Shown here piece by piece: positions 1 through 10,120 of a stretch of 64,000 bases of DNA. The translations under genes were made by a program, and so were the position numbers. Each line of letters starts with the position of its first letter. The stretch's first letter is position 1. This stretch comes from an uncultured Flavobacterium sp. (lineage in GTDB: Bacteria; Bacteroidota; Bacteroidia; Flavobacteriales; Flavobacteriaceae), in assembly GCA_913061465.1 (NCBI GenBank), contig CAJXSU010000005.1, forward strand, positions 504 through 64,503, written 5' to 3'. The notes below the pieces were generated by a model, which saw only the letters and a list, made by a program, of their open reading frames with translations, searched no databases and was not told the origin of the DNA.

Positions 1-1
1 T

Positions 2-631
2 ACAACGCAAGAGTTATTTGCAAAAAAAACGGCCTATCAACGTAAAGAAGAGTTTAGTGCAGAAGATTTTTATGAACGTGCTGGAATTTGGGCAGAGTTT
101 GGTAAAATTATCTGTATTTCTGTAGCCTATTTTACCAATGACACACAAGAAAGAAATTTACGAGTTACCTCTTTTAGTGGAGATCATGAAAAGCAAATCT
201 TAGTTGATTTTAAACAACTCTTAGACACACATTTTAATAAATCATTTCATGTTCTATGTGCTCATAACGGGAAAGAGTTTGATTTCCCTTACATCGCAAG
301 AAGAATGATTGTACATCAAATAGAGTTACCCTCAAAATTAAATTTATTTGGAAAAAAACCATGGGAAGTTCCGCATCTTGATACTATGGAGTTATGGAAA
401 TTTGGAGATTATAAGCATTACAGCTCTTTACAATTGTTGACCTCAATTTTAGGAATTCCATCTCCAAAAGATGACATCGATGGCAGTGAGGTTGCCAGGG
501 TTTATTATAAAGATAAAAATCTAGACCGGATCGTAAAGTATTGTGAAAAAGACACCATAGCTGTTGCACAATTATTGATGCGTTTTAATAATGAAAAGCT
601 AGTTGAGGAAAATGAAATCATTAAAGTTTAA
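2..631 (+). CDS. 3'-5' exonuclease, PolB-exonuclease-related (DEDD) family; 5'-truncated by the window edge
   Basis: The frame is open from position 2 (TTQELFAKK...AGIWAEFGKIICIS...AHNGKEFDFPYI...). It has ExoII HNGxxFD and ExoIII YCxxD (YCEKD) motifs. The ORF track captured only the last 108 aa. Confidence 0.85.
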   Translation, partial: TTQELFAKKTAYQRKEEFSAEDFYERAGIWAEFGKIICISVAYFTNDTQERNLRVTSFSGDHEKQILVDFKQLLDTHFNKSFHVLCAHNGKEFDFPYIARRMIVHQIELPSKLNLFGKKPWEVPHLDTMELWKFGDYKHYSSLQLLTSILGIPSPKDDIDGSEVARVYYKDKNLDRIVKYCEKDTIAVAQLLMRFNNEKLVEENEIIKV

Positions 632-2484
632 CCCTCTAGTTTCATAGATATTTCAAACCACCTTTCTTCTTTTTGTTCTAGTGAAGAAATAACTCTTTGA
701 AGTTCTTCTGATTTTTCCGTCACTTGCTCTTGTGTGATTCCTTCGTCCATAAAAGAAGCTTCAATTAATTTCTTTTTTTGGACTAATCGTTCTATATCTT
801 TTTCTAGAGAACCAAATTCTCTTTTTTCTTCAAAGGATAATTTTACTTTGGAGGGAGTAGCTATAGCTTGTTTTTTTTCAACTTTTACAACTTTTTTCCT
901 AGGCTTAGAGTCTTCATAAGTTCTGTAATCTGAGTAATTTCCTGGAAAATTTTCAACAACTCCATTACCTCTAAAAACAAATAAAGAATCTACAATTTTA
1001 TCCATAAAATACCTATCGTGAGATACCACAATTAGGTTCCCTGGAAAATCTAATAAGAAACTTTCTAACACATTTAAGGTAATTACATCTAAATCATTGG
1101 TGGGTTCATCCAGAATTAAAAAGTTTGGATTCTGAATTAAAACAGTACAGAGATACAATCGTTTCTGTTCTCCACCACTTAATTTTTCAACAAAATCATA
1201 TTGTTTTTTCTTATCAAAAAGAAAGCGTTCTAATAACTGAGAAGCAGAAATCCGTCTTCCTTTGGTTAAAGGGATTTCTTCGCCAAATTCTTTTATTACT
1301 TCAATTACTTTCTGTCCTTCTTTTACAACAATTCCTTTTTGAGTGTAGTAGCCAAATTTTACTGTTTCTCCAACAACAACTTTTCCACCATCAATAGGCT
1401 CTCTGTTTGTAAGTATGTTTAAAAAAGATGATTTTCCAGTTCCATTTTTTCCAATGACACCAATACGCTCTCCTTTTTGAAATACATATTGAAAACCATC
1501 AAGAATTTTTAGATCTCCGAATGACTTTTTTAGTTTGTGGAGCTCTACAATTTTACTCCCTAACCGTTCCATATTTATCTCTAATTGAACTGTATGATCT
1601 TGTCTTCTTTTGTGTGCTTTTTCTTTAATTTCTTGAAAATCATCAATTCTAGACTTAGACTTTGTAGTTCTTGCTTTTGGTTGTCTCCGCATCCAGTCTA
1701 ACTCTTTCTTAAATAAATTTTTAGCCTTATGAGTGGAAGCTGATTCCTGAGCAATTCTTTCTTCTTTTTTTTCTAAATAATAAGAATAATTACCTTTGTA
1801 TTTATATAATTTACCATGGTCAAGTTCTATAATTTCATTACAAACTCTTTCTAGAAAGTAACGATCATGCGTTACCATAAATAAGGTTATTTTTTCTTTC
1901 TTAAAATAGTCTTCAAGCCATTCTATCATTTCTAAATCTAGATGATTAGTTGGCTCGTCTAAGATGATTAAATCGGGTTTATTTATTAGTAAAACAGCAA
2001 GACTTAATCTTTTTTTCTGCCCTCCTGAAAGTTTACCCACTTTCATTGATAAAGTTGGGAGTTTTAATTTAGTAAGAACCAATTTATATTGGGTTTCAAA
2101 ATCCCAGGCATTGTGTTGATCCATTAAGTCAAAAGCTTTCTGATAATTTTCTGAATCCTCAGGGTTTTCGAGTGCTTTTTCGTATTGTTTTATGATAGGT
2201 AAAATTCTATTTTCTGTTTCAAAAATAGTTTCTTCTATAGTGAGATTGTCATTAAATAGTTGGTTTTGAGAAAGGTAAGCTACTTGAATTTCTTTTCTCT
2301 TGATAACTTGTCCGTTATCAGGTGTATCTAATCCTGCAATAATATTTAGTATGGAGGTTTTTCCTGTTCCGTTTTTTGCAACAAAAGCTACTTTTTGATG
2401 TTTATTGATCCCAAAGGAAATATTGCTAAATAATGTTCTATCTCCATAAGATTTTGAGATATTTTCTACTGAAATATAATTCAC
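628..2484 (-). CDS. ABC-F family ATPase (Uup/YfmR-like)
   Basis: Two ABC domains (AKNGTGKT / GKNGTGKS, LSGGQ / LSGGE, LDEPTN), no TM segments, PKARTTKSK linker, C-terminal coiled coil. Probable GTG start at 2484. Confidence 0.92.
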   Translation of the reverse strand: MNYISVENISKSYGDRTLFSNISFGINKHQKVAFVAKNGTGKTSILNIIAGLDTPDNGQVIKRKEIQVAYLSQNQLFNDNLTIEETIFETENRILPIIKQYEKALENPEDSENYQKAFDLMDQHNAWDFETQYKLVLTKLKLPTLSMKVGKLSGGQKKRLSLAVLLINKPDLIILDEPTNHLDLEMIEWLEDYFKKEKITLFMVTHDRYFLERVCNEIIELDHGKLYKYKGNYSYYLEKKEERIAQESASTHKAKNLFKKELDWMRRQPKARTTKSKSRIDDFQEIKEKAHKRRQDHTVQLEINMERLGSKIVELHKLKKSFGDLKILDGFQYVFQKGERIGVIGKNGTGKSSFLNILTNREPIDGGKVVVGETVKFGYYTQKGIVVKEGQKVIEVIKEFGEEIPLTKGRRISASQLLERFLFDKKKQYDFVEKLSGGEQKRLYLCTVLIQNPNFLILDEPTNDLDVITLNVLESFLLDFPGNLIVVSHDRYFMDKIVDSLFVFRGNGVVENFPGNYSDYRTYEDSKPRKKVVKVEKKQAIATPSKVKLSFEEKREFGSLEKDIERLVQKKKLIEASFMDEGITQEQVTEKSEELQRVISSLEQKEERWFEISMKLEG

Positions 2485-2575
2485 AAAAATAAATTTCAAC
2501 AAAGGAACTAAAAAATACCGACTAGAACACTCCGGTTATCATTTAATTATTATTGTTAATCTAAATAACCTTTAT

Positions 2576-2606
2576 AAAAAAAACCTAGATAAAGTTATCT
2601 AGGTTT
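2576..2606 (-). terminator. Intrinsic terminator-like hairpin with U-tract on the minus strand
   Basis: AAACCTAGATAA (2581-2592) / TTATCTAGGTTT (2595-2606) is a perfect inverted repeat. The A-run at 2576-2583 is poly-U on the minus strand. Confidence 0.7.
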
Positions 2607-2815
2607 AATTTTCACAACAATTTTTTCCTTAGTTTATATTTTAATAGAGGTAAAAAATATCTAACACTAAAAGAAAACAATTAAGGTAAAATTAATTACT
2701 AATTAGAGTTTATACAATTCCCATAATTAATGAATTTTTTTAATACCTATTTATAGGGATATAATTATTATAATTATTGTGATGTTTCTGGATCTCTTAA
2801 TGTATATTGCTTGAT

Positions 2816-4483
2816 ATGTTACAAGTAAACAATCTATCCATAAAGTTTTTGTCTCATAAAAATGAAATTGAAGTTGTAAAAAACATTTCTTTCGATTTAG
2901 GTGTTAATAAAATTTTAGGTATTGTAGGAGAATCTGGAAGTGGAAAATCAGTGACATCTCTTGCAATTCTTGGCCTATTATCTGAAAATGCAATTTTAGA
3001 TGGAGAAATTTTTTTTAAAGAAAAAAACCTTCTTACAATATCTGATAAAGAGTTTGAAATAATTAGAGGAAAAAAGATTGGAATGATTTTTCAAGAACCT
3101 ATGAGTTCTTTAAATCCAACAATAACTTGCGGGAAACAAGTTTATGAAGTTTTAAAACAACATACAGATTTAAACAAAAAAGAAATTTTTAAAGAGGTAA
3201 TTACTCTCTTTGAAAAAGTAAAATTACCAATACCTCATAGAATTTTTAAGGCTTATCCTCATCAGTTAAGTGGAGGTCAGAAGCAACGTGTAATGATCGC
3301 TATGGCTATCGCTTGTAAGCCAGATTTATTAATCGCTGATGAACCTACCACGGCTTTAGATGTTTCAGTTCAAAAAGAAGTCATCGAACTCCTAAAGGAA
3401 TTACAAGCCGAAAATCAAATGAGTATTCTTTTTATCTCACATGATTTACCATTAGTTTCTGAACTTGCAGACGATGTAATTGTCATATATGAGGGGGTAA
3501 TTATTGAACAAGGGAAAGCCAAAGATGTTTTTAGAACTCCCCAAAAACAATATACTAAAGGACTTATTAATTCTAAACCTAGTCTTTCGGAAAGATTCAA
3601 AAAACTTCCAACGGTTAATGACTTTATAAAAAAAAATACTTTTCCAGAGATATACACCAAATTAGAAAGAGATCAATTTCATCAAAAACTTTATAGTTCT
3701 GAACCTTTACTGGAAGTAGTGAATCTGAAAAAATATTTTGATAGTCAGAAAGGGTTCTCTAAAAACCCTACTATTAAAGCAGTTGACGATGTGTCTTTTA
3801 AGTTATATGAAGGAGAAACATTAGGTTTAGTTGGAGAATCTGGTAGTGGAAAGACCACACTGGGAAGATCCATTTTACATTTAGAAGAAATCACTTCTGG
3901 TAAAATATTTTATAAGGGGAAAGATATTACAGTGCTTTCTAAAACAGAGTTGGTGAATTTAAGAAAGGAAATCCAAATTATTTTTCAAGATCCATTTTCC
4001 TCATTAAACCCTAGAATATCTGTTGGAAATGCAATTTTAGAACCCATGAAAGTTCATAAAATTTTACCGACACACAATGATCGCAAATTATATGTACTAG
4101 ACCTGTTAAAAAAAGTTGGTTTGAAAGAAGATCACTTTAATAGGTATCCACATGAATTTTCGGGAGGCCAAAGACAAAGAATAGGAATTGCCAGAGCGAT
4201 TGCATTAAGACCAAAATTAATTATTTGTGATGAGTCGGTTTCTGCTCTTGATGTATCTGTTCAAGCACAAGTTCTCAATCTCCTTAATGAATTAAAAAAA
4301 GTATTTAGTTTCTCCTATATTTTTATTTCTCATGACTTGTCTGTAGTTAAGTTTATGTCAGATCAATTGATTGTCATGAATCAGGGTAAAATTGAAGAAA
4401 TTAATGATTCAGATGAGATATACAGCGCTCCAAAATCTAATTATACTAAGAATTTAATTGCTTCTATTCCTAAAGGGATTTAA
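2816..4483 (+). CDS. ABC transporter ATP-binding protein, fused double-domain (Opp/Dpp D+F type)
   Basis: Two GESGSGK Walker A motifs, YPHQLSGGQ / YPHEFSGGQ signatures, FISHDL H-loops. Confidence 0.92.
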   Translation: MLQVNNLSIKFLSHKNEIEVVKNISFDLGVNKILGIVGESGSGKSVTSLAILGLLSENAILDGEIFFKEKNLLTISDKEFEIIRGKKIGMIFQEPMSSLNPTITCGKQVYEVLKQHTDLNKKEIFKEVITLFEKVKLPIPHRIFKAYPHQLSGGQKQRVMIAMAIACKPDLLIADEPTTALDVSVQKEVIELLKELQAENQMSILFISHDLPLVSELADDVIVIYEGVIIEQGKAKDVFRTPQKQYTKGLINSKPSLSERFKKLPTVNDFIKKNTFPEIYTKLERDQFHQKLYSSEPLLEVVNLKKYFDSQKGFSKNPTIKAVDDVSFKLYEGETLGLVGESGSGKTTLGRSILHLEEITSGKIFYKGKDITVLSKTELVNLRKEIQIIFQDPFSSLNPRISVGNAILEPMKVHKILPTHNDRKLYVLDLLKKVGLKEDHFNRYPHEFSGGQRQRIGIARAIALRPKLIICDESVSALDVSVQAQVLNLLNELKKVFSFSYIFISHDLSVVKFMSDQLIVMNQGKIEEINDSDEIYSAPKSNYTKNLIASIPKGI

Positions 4484-4550
4484 ACGGTTTCTCTTTTACC
4501 AATTACTCAATTATTGGTATATTGCACTATTAAAAAATGCAAAAAAGAAC

Positions 4551-5567
4551 ATGAAAATTATAGTCCCTATGGCCGGAATTGGTTCTCGTTTAAGACCTCA
4601 CACGTTAACAATTCCTAAACCCTTAACAGTAATTGCAGGAAAACCAATTGTACAAAGATTAGTTGAAGATATCACTTCCGTTGTGAATCAACCTATAGAT
4701 GAAATAGCTTTTATTATTGGCCCATCCTCAAAAGGATTTCCGGCAAATACAAAAGATAAATTATTAAAAATAGCCAAAGAATTAGGAGCCAAAGGCTCTG
4801 TTTACGTCCAAGAAGAAGCTTTGGGTACTGCTCATGCAATTTTTTGTGCTAAAGAGTCTCTTTCAGGTCCATGTGTTGTTGCATTTGCAGATACGCTTTT
4901 TAAAGCAGATTTTACTTTAGATGCTAATGCAGATGGAGCTATTTGGGTAAAGCAAGTAGAAGACCCTAGTGCTTTTGGAGTTGTAAAATTAAGGGATGGC
5001 TATATTACTGATTTTGTTGAAAAACCTATAGAATTTGTATCTGATTTAGCTATAATAGGGATTTATTACTTTAAGGATGGTGATAAGCTCTCACAAGAAA
5101 TAAAATACTTAATAGATAATGATATTAGACCTTCCGGAGAGTTTCAACTTACTGAAGTTCTAGAAACTTTAAAACAAGAAGGCGCTAAATTTTTACCTGG
5201 AAAAGTTGATGTTTGGATGGATTGTGGGAAAAAAGACCCAACCCTAGACACCAATAAAAAAATATTAGGTTTTGATTTCGAAAAAGGACTGAATTTAGTT
5301 GCTGATTCTGTAGTATTAGAAAACTCTAAAATTATTCAGCCTTGTTATGTAGGAGAAAATGTTGTTTTAAAAAACACTACAATTGGCCCTTATGTGTCTA
5401 TAGGTGAATCCAGTTCGGTAGAAGATTCTAAAATTTCGAACTCCTTAATACAAACCAATGTAACAATCTTAAACGCAACTTTAGAAAATGCTATGATCGG
5501 AAATCATGCAACATTTAATGGTAATTTCACCTCATTAAGTATAGGTGATTATTCAGAGTTGACTTAA
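4551..5567 (+). CDS. Sugar-phosphate nucleotidyltransferase (glucose-1-phosphate thymidylyltransferase-like) with C-terminal hexapeptide repeats
   Basis: MAGIGSRLRPHT...PKPL nucleotidyltransferase motif, FVEKP, WMDCG. Start reassigned to ATG 4551 (MKIIVPMAG). Confidence 0.88.
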   Translation: MKIIVPMAGIGSRLRPHTLTIPKPLTVIAGKPIVQRLVEDITSVVNQPIDEIAFIIGPSSKGFPANTKDKLLKIAKELGAKGSVYVQEEALGTAHAIFCAKESLSGPCVVAFADTLFKADFTLDANADGAIWVKQVEDPSAFGVVKLRDGYITDFVEKPIEFVSDLAIIGIYYFKDGDKLSQEIKYLIDNDIRPSGEFQLTEVLETLKQEGAKFLPGKVDVWMDCGKKDPTLDTNKKILGFDFEKGLNLVADSVVLENSKIIQPCYVGENVVLKNTTIGPYVSIGESSSVEDSKISNSLIQTNVTILNATLENAMIGNHATFNGNFTSLSIGDYSELT

Positions 5568-5576
5568 AAAAAAGAA

Positions 5577-6533
5577 ATGATTAAAAGGATTGTACTTTAT
5601 GTCTTTTTTGGGCTTTTGTTCCATCCTTTTTTCTCTTATTCACAAGATAGTATTCCAGAGGTAGAAGATATTAAAGAAGATATTACAGAGGATAAGACTA
5701 TTAAATTTCAAGAATACTTTTTTAAATCGCTCTCAGAAAAGTCAATTAAAAATTATCAAATCGCAATTCAAAATTTAGAGGAGTGCAATGCCATTTTTCC
5801 AAACGACAAAGCCGTTTTTTTTGAACTTTCAAAAAATTACTTATTTTTAAATAGAACAACTGAAGCATTACAGTACATCAATAATGCATTACGTTTAGAG
5901 CCTTTAAATTTTTGGATGTTAAAGCACTTGGTAGCCATTCAAAAAAAAGATAAAAATTATCAAGAGGCAATAAAGACGCAACTAACAATAGTTAAGCATA
6001 AACCTAAACAGCGTTCAGAATTGATTTATTTATACTACTTAAATGATGAATATATGAAAGCATTGTCCTTGATTAATGTTTTTGAAAAAGAATATGGCTT
6101 AACAACAAGTTTAATACAGTTAAAAGATAAGTTGGCGTTGATAAATAAACCTCAAATTGTAGTCTCAAATAGAGACAGTTTGCCCAAACTAATTTCAGAT
6201 TTTGAGCTTAATCCTCCTTCTTTTAATACATTGAAAAAAATATTAACGTTGGCAATTAAAGAAAATATTCCAGCATATTACATTTATAGTAGCTTAGCGA
6301 TTGATCTTTTTCCAGCACAACCATTTTCTTATTTATCAAAAGGAAGAGCATTACAGCTACAAGGAAAGCACCAAGAAGCTATTGATATCTTAGAAATTGG
6401 AATAGATTTTATAATTGAAAACCCCATATTGGAAGCCCAGTTCTATACTATTTTAGTAAATACCTATACTAGTTTAAATAAAACTAGTAAAGCCCTAGAA
6501 TACAAAATGAAACTTAAAAATGACAAGATATAA
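5577..6533 (+). CDS. Exported tetratricopeptide-repeat protein
   Basis: Signal peptide (..SYSQD) and helical TPR-like patterns (EALQYINNALRLEP; GKHQEAIDILEIG). Usual position before DUF4292-envC. Confidence 0.75.
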   Translation: MIKRIVLYVFFGLLFHPFFSYSQDSIPEVEDIKEDITEDKTIKFQEYFFKSLSEKSIKNYQIAIQNLEECNAIFPNDKAVFFELSKNYLFLNRTTEALQYINNALRLEPLNFWMLKHLVAIQKKDKNYQEAIKTQLTIVKHKPKQRSELIYLYYLNDEYMKALSLINVFEKEYGLTTSLIQLKDKLALINKPQIVVSNRDSLPKLISDFELNPPSFNTLKKILTLAIKENIPAYYIYSSLAIDLFPAQPFSYLSKGRALQLQGKHQEAIDILEIGIDFIIENPILEAQFYTILVNTYTSLNKTSKALEYKMKLKNDKI

Positions 6534-6534
6534 T

Positions 6535-7320
6535 ATGAGAATAATAAGCTGTTTATTTTTTTTTATAATTGTATTTAGCTCTTGTAAAAGCAAAAGAAAC
6601 CTTGTTGAATCAAACAGCGAAGTATTAAAAAAAATATCAGCTAAAAAAATTATTAAAAAACATACCGCTCTCTATTTTGATGCTAAAACACTGGATGCTA
6701 AATTAAAAGTAGGCTATGCAGATTATAGAAATGATAAAAGAAATAAAATAAATTTCACAGTACATCTTCGTGTACTAAAAGACTCCGTAATCTGGATGAG
6801 AGGCTCTAAAATTATTAGTGCTTTTAGAGTAAAAATAACTCCAGAATCTTTTAGTTATTATTCATTAATTGATAAAAAGTATTTTGAGGGTGATTTTTCA
6901 CTTTTAGAAAAAATATTAGGAACTAAAGTCACTTTCAATCAGGTTCAAAACTTATTGCTTGGCGAATCTGTTTTAGATTTAAAAAAGCAAAAATTTATAT
7001 CTCAGGTGGATGATCTAGTTTACAAGTTAACCCCTAAAGAGCAACATGAATTGTATCGTATATTCTTTTTATTTGACCCGAATAATTTTACCTTAAAAAA
7101 ACAATTGCTTAAGACTGTCAAAAATAAAACAGTATTGGATATAGATTATAAAAGTTACCGTTTGATAGAAAAACAGTTAGTACCCAAGAAAATTATGATT
7201 AACGTTTCACAACCAGAACATTATACAACGATTACGATTGATTTTAAATCAGTAACTTTAAACAAACAAATTAGTACTCCGTATAAAATACCGTCTAGTT
7301 ATAAACCGATCAAACTTTAA
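6535..7320 (+). CDS. DUF4292-type lipoprotein
   Basis: Lipobox FSSC; KDSVIW, YFEGDF, QNLLLG and C-terminal PYKIPSSY patterns; lies between the TPR gene and envC. Confidence 0.75.
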   Translation: MRIISCLFFFIIVFSSCKSKRNLVESNSEVLKKISAKKIIKKHTALYFDAKTLDAKLKVGYADYRNDKRNKINFTVHLRVLKDSVIWMRGSKIISAFRVKITPESFSYYSLIDKKYFEGDFSLLEKILGTKVTFNQVQNLLLGESVLDLKKQKFISQVDDLVYKLTPKEQHELYRIFFLFDPNNFTLKKQLLKTVKNKTVLDIDYKSYRLIEKQLVPKKIMINVSQPEHYTTITIDFKSVTLNKQISTPYKIPSSYKPIKL

Positions 7321-8540
7321 TGTTTAAAGAGTATAAGTACATATCCCTTTTATTTCTTCTTTTTTTTACGATGTCTTCGTTTGCACAAAACAAATCTAGA
7401 AAGCAGTTAGAGCTCGACCGAAAAAGAATAAAAAATGAAATTAAAATGGTAAATAAGTTGCTTTTTACAGCAAAAAAAAGCGAAGAAAATGCTCTTGAAG
7501 ATCTTAAGGATTTGAATCATAAAATTGCTATTAGAGAACAATACATTTCAACTATTAATTTAGAAGTTAAATCCCTATCGAATGATATCGCTATTTATGA
7601 AGATGATATAAAGCAACTAGATAAAAAACTAATTAAGTTAAAAGAAGATTATGCTGAAATGATATACAAATCATACAAAAGCAAATCTCAGCAAAGTAGC
7701 ACTTTGTTTTTGTTTTCCTCTAAAAGTTTTTATCAAGCCTACAAAAGAGTGAAGTATATGAAACAGTATGCCTCTTTTAGAAAAAAACAAGGAGAAGAGG
7801 TGTATGTTCTAACTAATAAATTTTTACGTTTAAAAGACTCACTGTTAATCCAAAAGGAGTTGAAAGATACTTTATTATCTAATGAAGAGGAACAAAAATC
7901 AAAGATTGAATATGAAAAGGATGATCAGAGAAAATTAATTTTTGAGCTACAAACTCAAGAAAAAAAATACAAGAAAAAACTTCGAATAAAACAACAGCAG
8001 GAGAAGAAAATAACGCAAATAATTGATAAAATAATTAAAGAAGCTATTGCTAAATCCAATGCAAAGAAAGGAGTTAAAAAGTCAAAAGGGTTTTCACTAA
8101 CACCAGAGGCTAAAGCATTAGCAGTTAGTTTTGAGCAAAACAAAGGAAAGCTTCCGTGGCCTGTTGAAAGTGGTTTTATTATAAGAAAGTTTGGTAAACA
8201 GCCTCACCCAGTATATTCGGGAAACTTTATAAATAGTACTGGAATTCATATTGCCACTAAAAAAGGGTCTAATGCTAATGCTATTTTTAATGGAGAAATC
8301 TTAGCAATACAAACTCAATCTGAAGGAAAAAAATCGGTTTTAATTAGACATGGAAACTATATTTCTATATATAATAATTTAGAAACTGTAAATGTTAATG
8401 ATGGGCAAAAAATAAAAACAGGACAGCCATTAGGAAAAGTTTTCACTGATAGAATTACGGGAAAAACTAAGCTAATTTTTGTATTGTCAAAAAACACCAC
8501 TCGATTAAATCCCACTAGTTGGATTCTAAAAGTCAACTAG
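7320..8540 (+). CDS. envC: Murein hydrolase activator EnvC-like (coiled coil + degenerate M23 domain)
   Basis: Signal peptide, long coiled coil, KGKLPWPV and IRHGNYISIY M23-like domain lacking the Zn ligands. Confidence 0.82.
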   Translation: MFKEYKYISLLFLLFFTMSSFAQNKSRKQLELDRKRIKNEIKMVNKLLFTAKKSEENALEDLKDLNHKIAIREQYISTINLEVKSLSNDIAIYEDDIKQLDKKLIKLKEDYAEMIYKSYKSKSQQSSTLFLFSSKSFYQAYKRVKYMKQYASFRKKQGEEVYVLTNKFLRLKDSLLIQKELKDTLLSNEEEQKSKIEYEKDDQRKLIFELQTQEKKYKKKLRIKQQQEKKITQIIDKIIKEAIAKSNAKKGVKKSKGFSLTPEAKALAVSFEQNKGKLPWPVESGFIIRKFGKQPHPVYSGNFINSTGIHIATKKGSNANAIFNGEILAIQTQSEGKKSVLIRHGNYISIYNNLETVNVNDGQKIKTGQPLGKVFTDRITGKTKLIFVLSKNTTRLNPTSWILKVN

Positions 8541-9049
8541 TTTATAAACAAAGCCTTTAATTCTGTAGCATCATTTGGCTGCATTTTCCCAGCTAAAACT
8601 AAACTCAATTGTTTTCTTCTTAAGGCACCCTTAAAACGTTCTTTTTCTAGTTCCGTTTCAGGAATTATTTGAGGAATTTCAACAGGTTTACCAGTTTCAT
8701 CTACTGCAACAAAAGTATAAATTCCTTCATTTACTTTAGTCTTTAAGCCAGATTGTCTATCCTCAATCCAAACATCTACATATATTTCCATAGATGACTT
8801 AAATGCCCTTGAAACTTTTGCCTCAATAGTCACAACACTTCCCACGGGAACAGATTTCGAAAAGACAACCTGGTTTACTGAGGCTGTAACTACTATTCTT
8901 CTAGAGTGACGTCGAGCAGCAATACTACAAGCCCTATCCATTCTTGCCAATAATTCCCCTCCAAAAAGATTATCAAGGTAGTTTGTTTCTCCTGGTAACA
9001 CAAGATCAGTAAGAATTGTCAAAGATTCACTCGGTTTTTTTGCTGTCAT
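8537..9049 (-). CDS. Acyl-CoA thioesterase (YciA-like hotdog fold)
   Basis: ETNYLDNLFGGELLARMD, VVTASV, TFVAVDETGKP. Confidence 0.9.
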   Translation of the reverse strand: MTAKKPSESLTILTDLVLPGETNYLDNLFGGELLARMDRACSIAARRHSRRIVVTASVNQVVFSKSVPVGSVVTIEAKVSRAFKSSMEIYVDVWIEDRQSGLKTKVNEGIYTFVAVDETGKPVEIPQIIPETELEKERFKGALRRKQLSLVLAGKMQPNDATELKALFIN

Positions 9050-9120
9050 TTATAATTTTTTTACAAAGATATACAATCAAAAAGATTGATTGTAGTAGAC
9101 TGAAGAATATAGATTCTGAA

Positions 9121-10026
9121 TTACTCGAATTTTTTAACTAGCAACCAAGCATCTTTAGAGTCAATTTTTCTTATATCGGCAAGACTTTTAAAGGCATCAG
9201 TTTTTTTGTAAAAAGAAGCATAAGCAACTTGTGTTAACCCCCATTTATTAGTTCCTAAAACAGTAGCATTAAATCCTTTTGAGTTAAGTTGATTTACTTT
9301 TTTGTGAGCATTTTCTACAAATTGAAACGCCCCAGCAATAACATGAAAAGATTTTGGAACTTCTTTATTTACATTTAATTCAATTGTTGCTAAAGGATTT
9401 TCAATAACAAATGTTGCAGTTTGAATTTTTTCCTCTATTTTTTTTTGGTCTTTAGCAAAGCTTAATTGTTCTTGTTTATTTTCATAACCTGTCCAACCAA
9501 CATAGGAAAGTGATAGTAAAACTGCAGCTGTGGCAGCATACTTCATAAACAGAGGTGCTTTTCTTTGAGTCTTTTGGGTAGAAATAAGAGGAATAACTTT
9601 TTGTGCAGATCTTACAACTACAGGTGATTCTGTAGGTGTTAGCCCAAAGGAGGACTTCAAGTAATTTGTTTTACTCGTGGGTTTAAAAATTAATTGATTT
9701 TTTTCATTCAGAGAAAAGGAACCAATATTTTTAATGTGGAGAGAAGTTGTCTTAATTAACTTATTCCACTGAGAAACAGTGACTTTAATTTTAGACGTTG
9801 CTTGGTCAAAAGAAATGTTTTCTGACGAGGCAATATAATTGGCTAATAAGCCGTCGTTATGAATGAGGTTAACGTTAAAACCTATCTGTTTTGTTGGTGG
9901 GTAAAAAGTGTTTGAGTCTTTGTGAATTTGGGCACTAATTTTATTAGTTACAAAACCGCCAAAGTTAGGGATGATAACACAATCATATCTGTACAATAAG
10001 TCTTTTATGTAATCTTCTATAACCAT
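9121..10026 (-). CDS. HU-like (CCDC81) N-terminal domain + SPOR domain membrane protein
   Basis: LLYRYDCVIIPNFGGF N-terminus, single TM segment, C-terminal SPOR (FHVIAGAF...NA...DAWLL). Confidence 0.82.
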   Translation of the reverse strand: MVIEDYIKDLLYRYDCVIIPNFGGFVTNKISAQIHKDSNTFYPPTKQIGFNVNLIHNDGLLANYIASSENISFDQATSKIKVTVSQWNKLIKTTSLHIKNIGSFSLNEKNQLIFKPTSKTNYLKSSFGLTPTESPVVVRSAQKVIPLISTQKTQRKAPLFMKYAATAAVLLSLSYVGWTGYENKQEQLSFAKDQKKIEEKIQTATFVIENPLATIELNVNKEVPKSFHVIAGAFQFVENAHKKVNQLNSKGFNATVLGTNKWGLTQVAYASFYKKTDAFKSLADIRKIDSKDAWLLVKKFE

Positions 10027-10120
10027 AGAAACAAATATAAAAAATTAAATATAAGAAGCATAAAAAGCCTCCAATAATTATCAACAATATATTTGTATAT
10101 TGAAATAAAAAAATTGCACC

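Noticed and set aside
2816-4483. ABC ATPase without adjacent permease or binding protein
   Set aside because: Dispersed ABC components are common in Bacteroidota, so this is not evidence of novelty.
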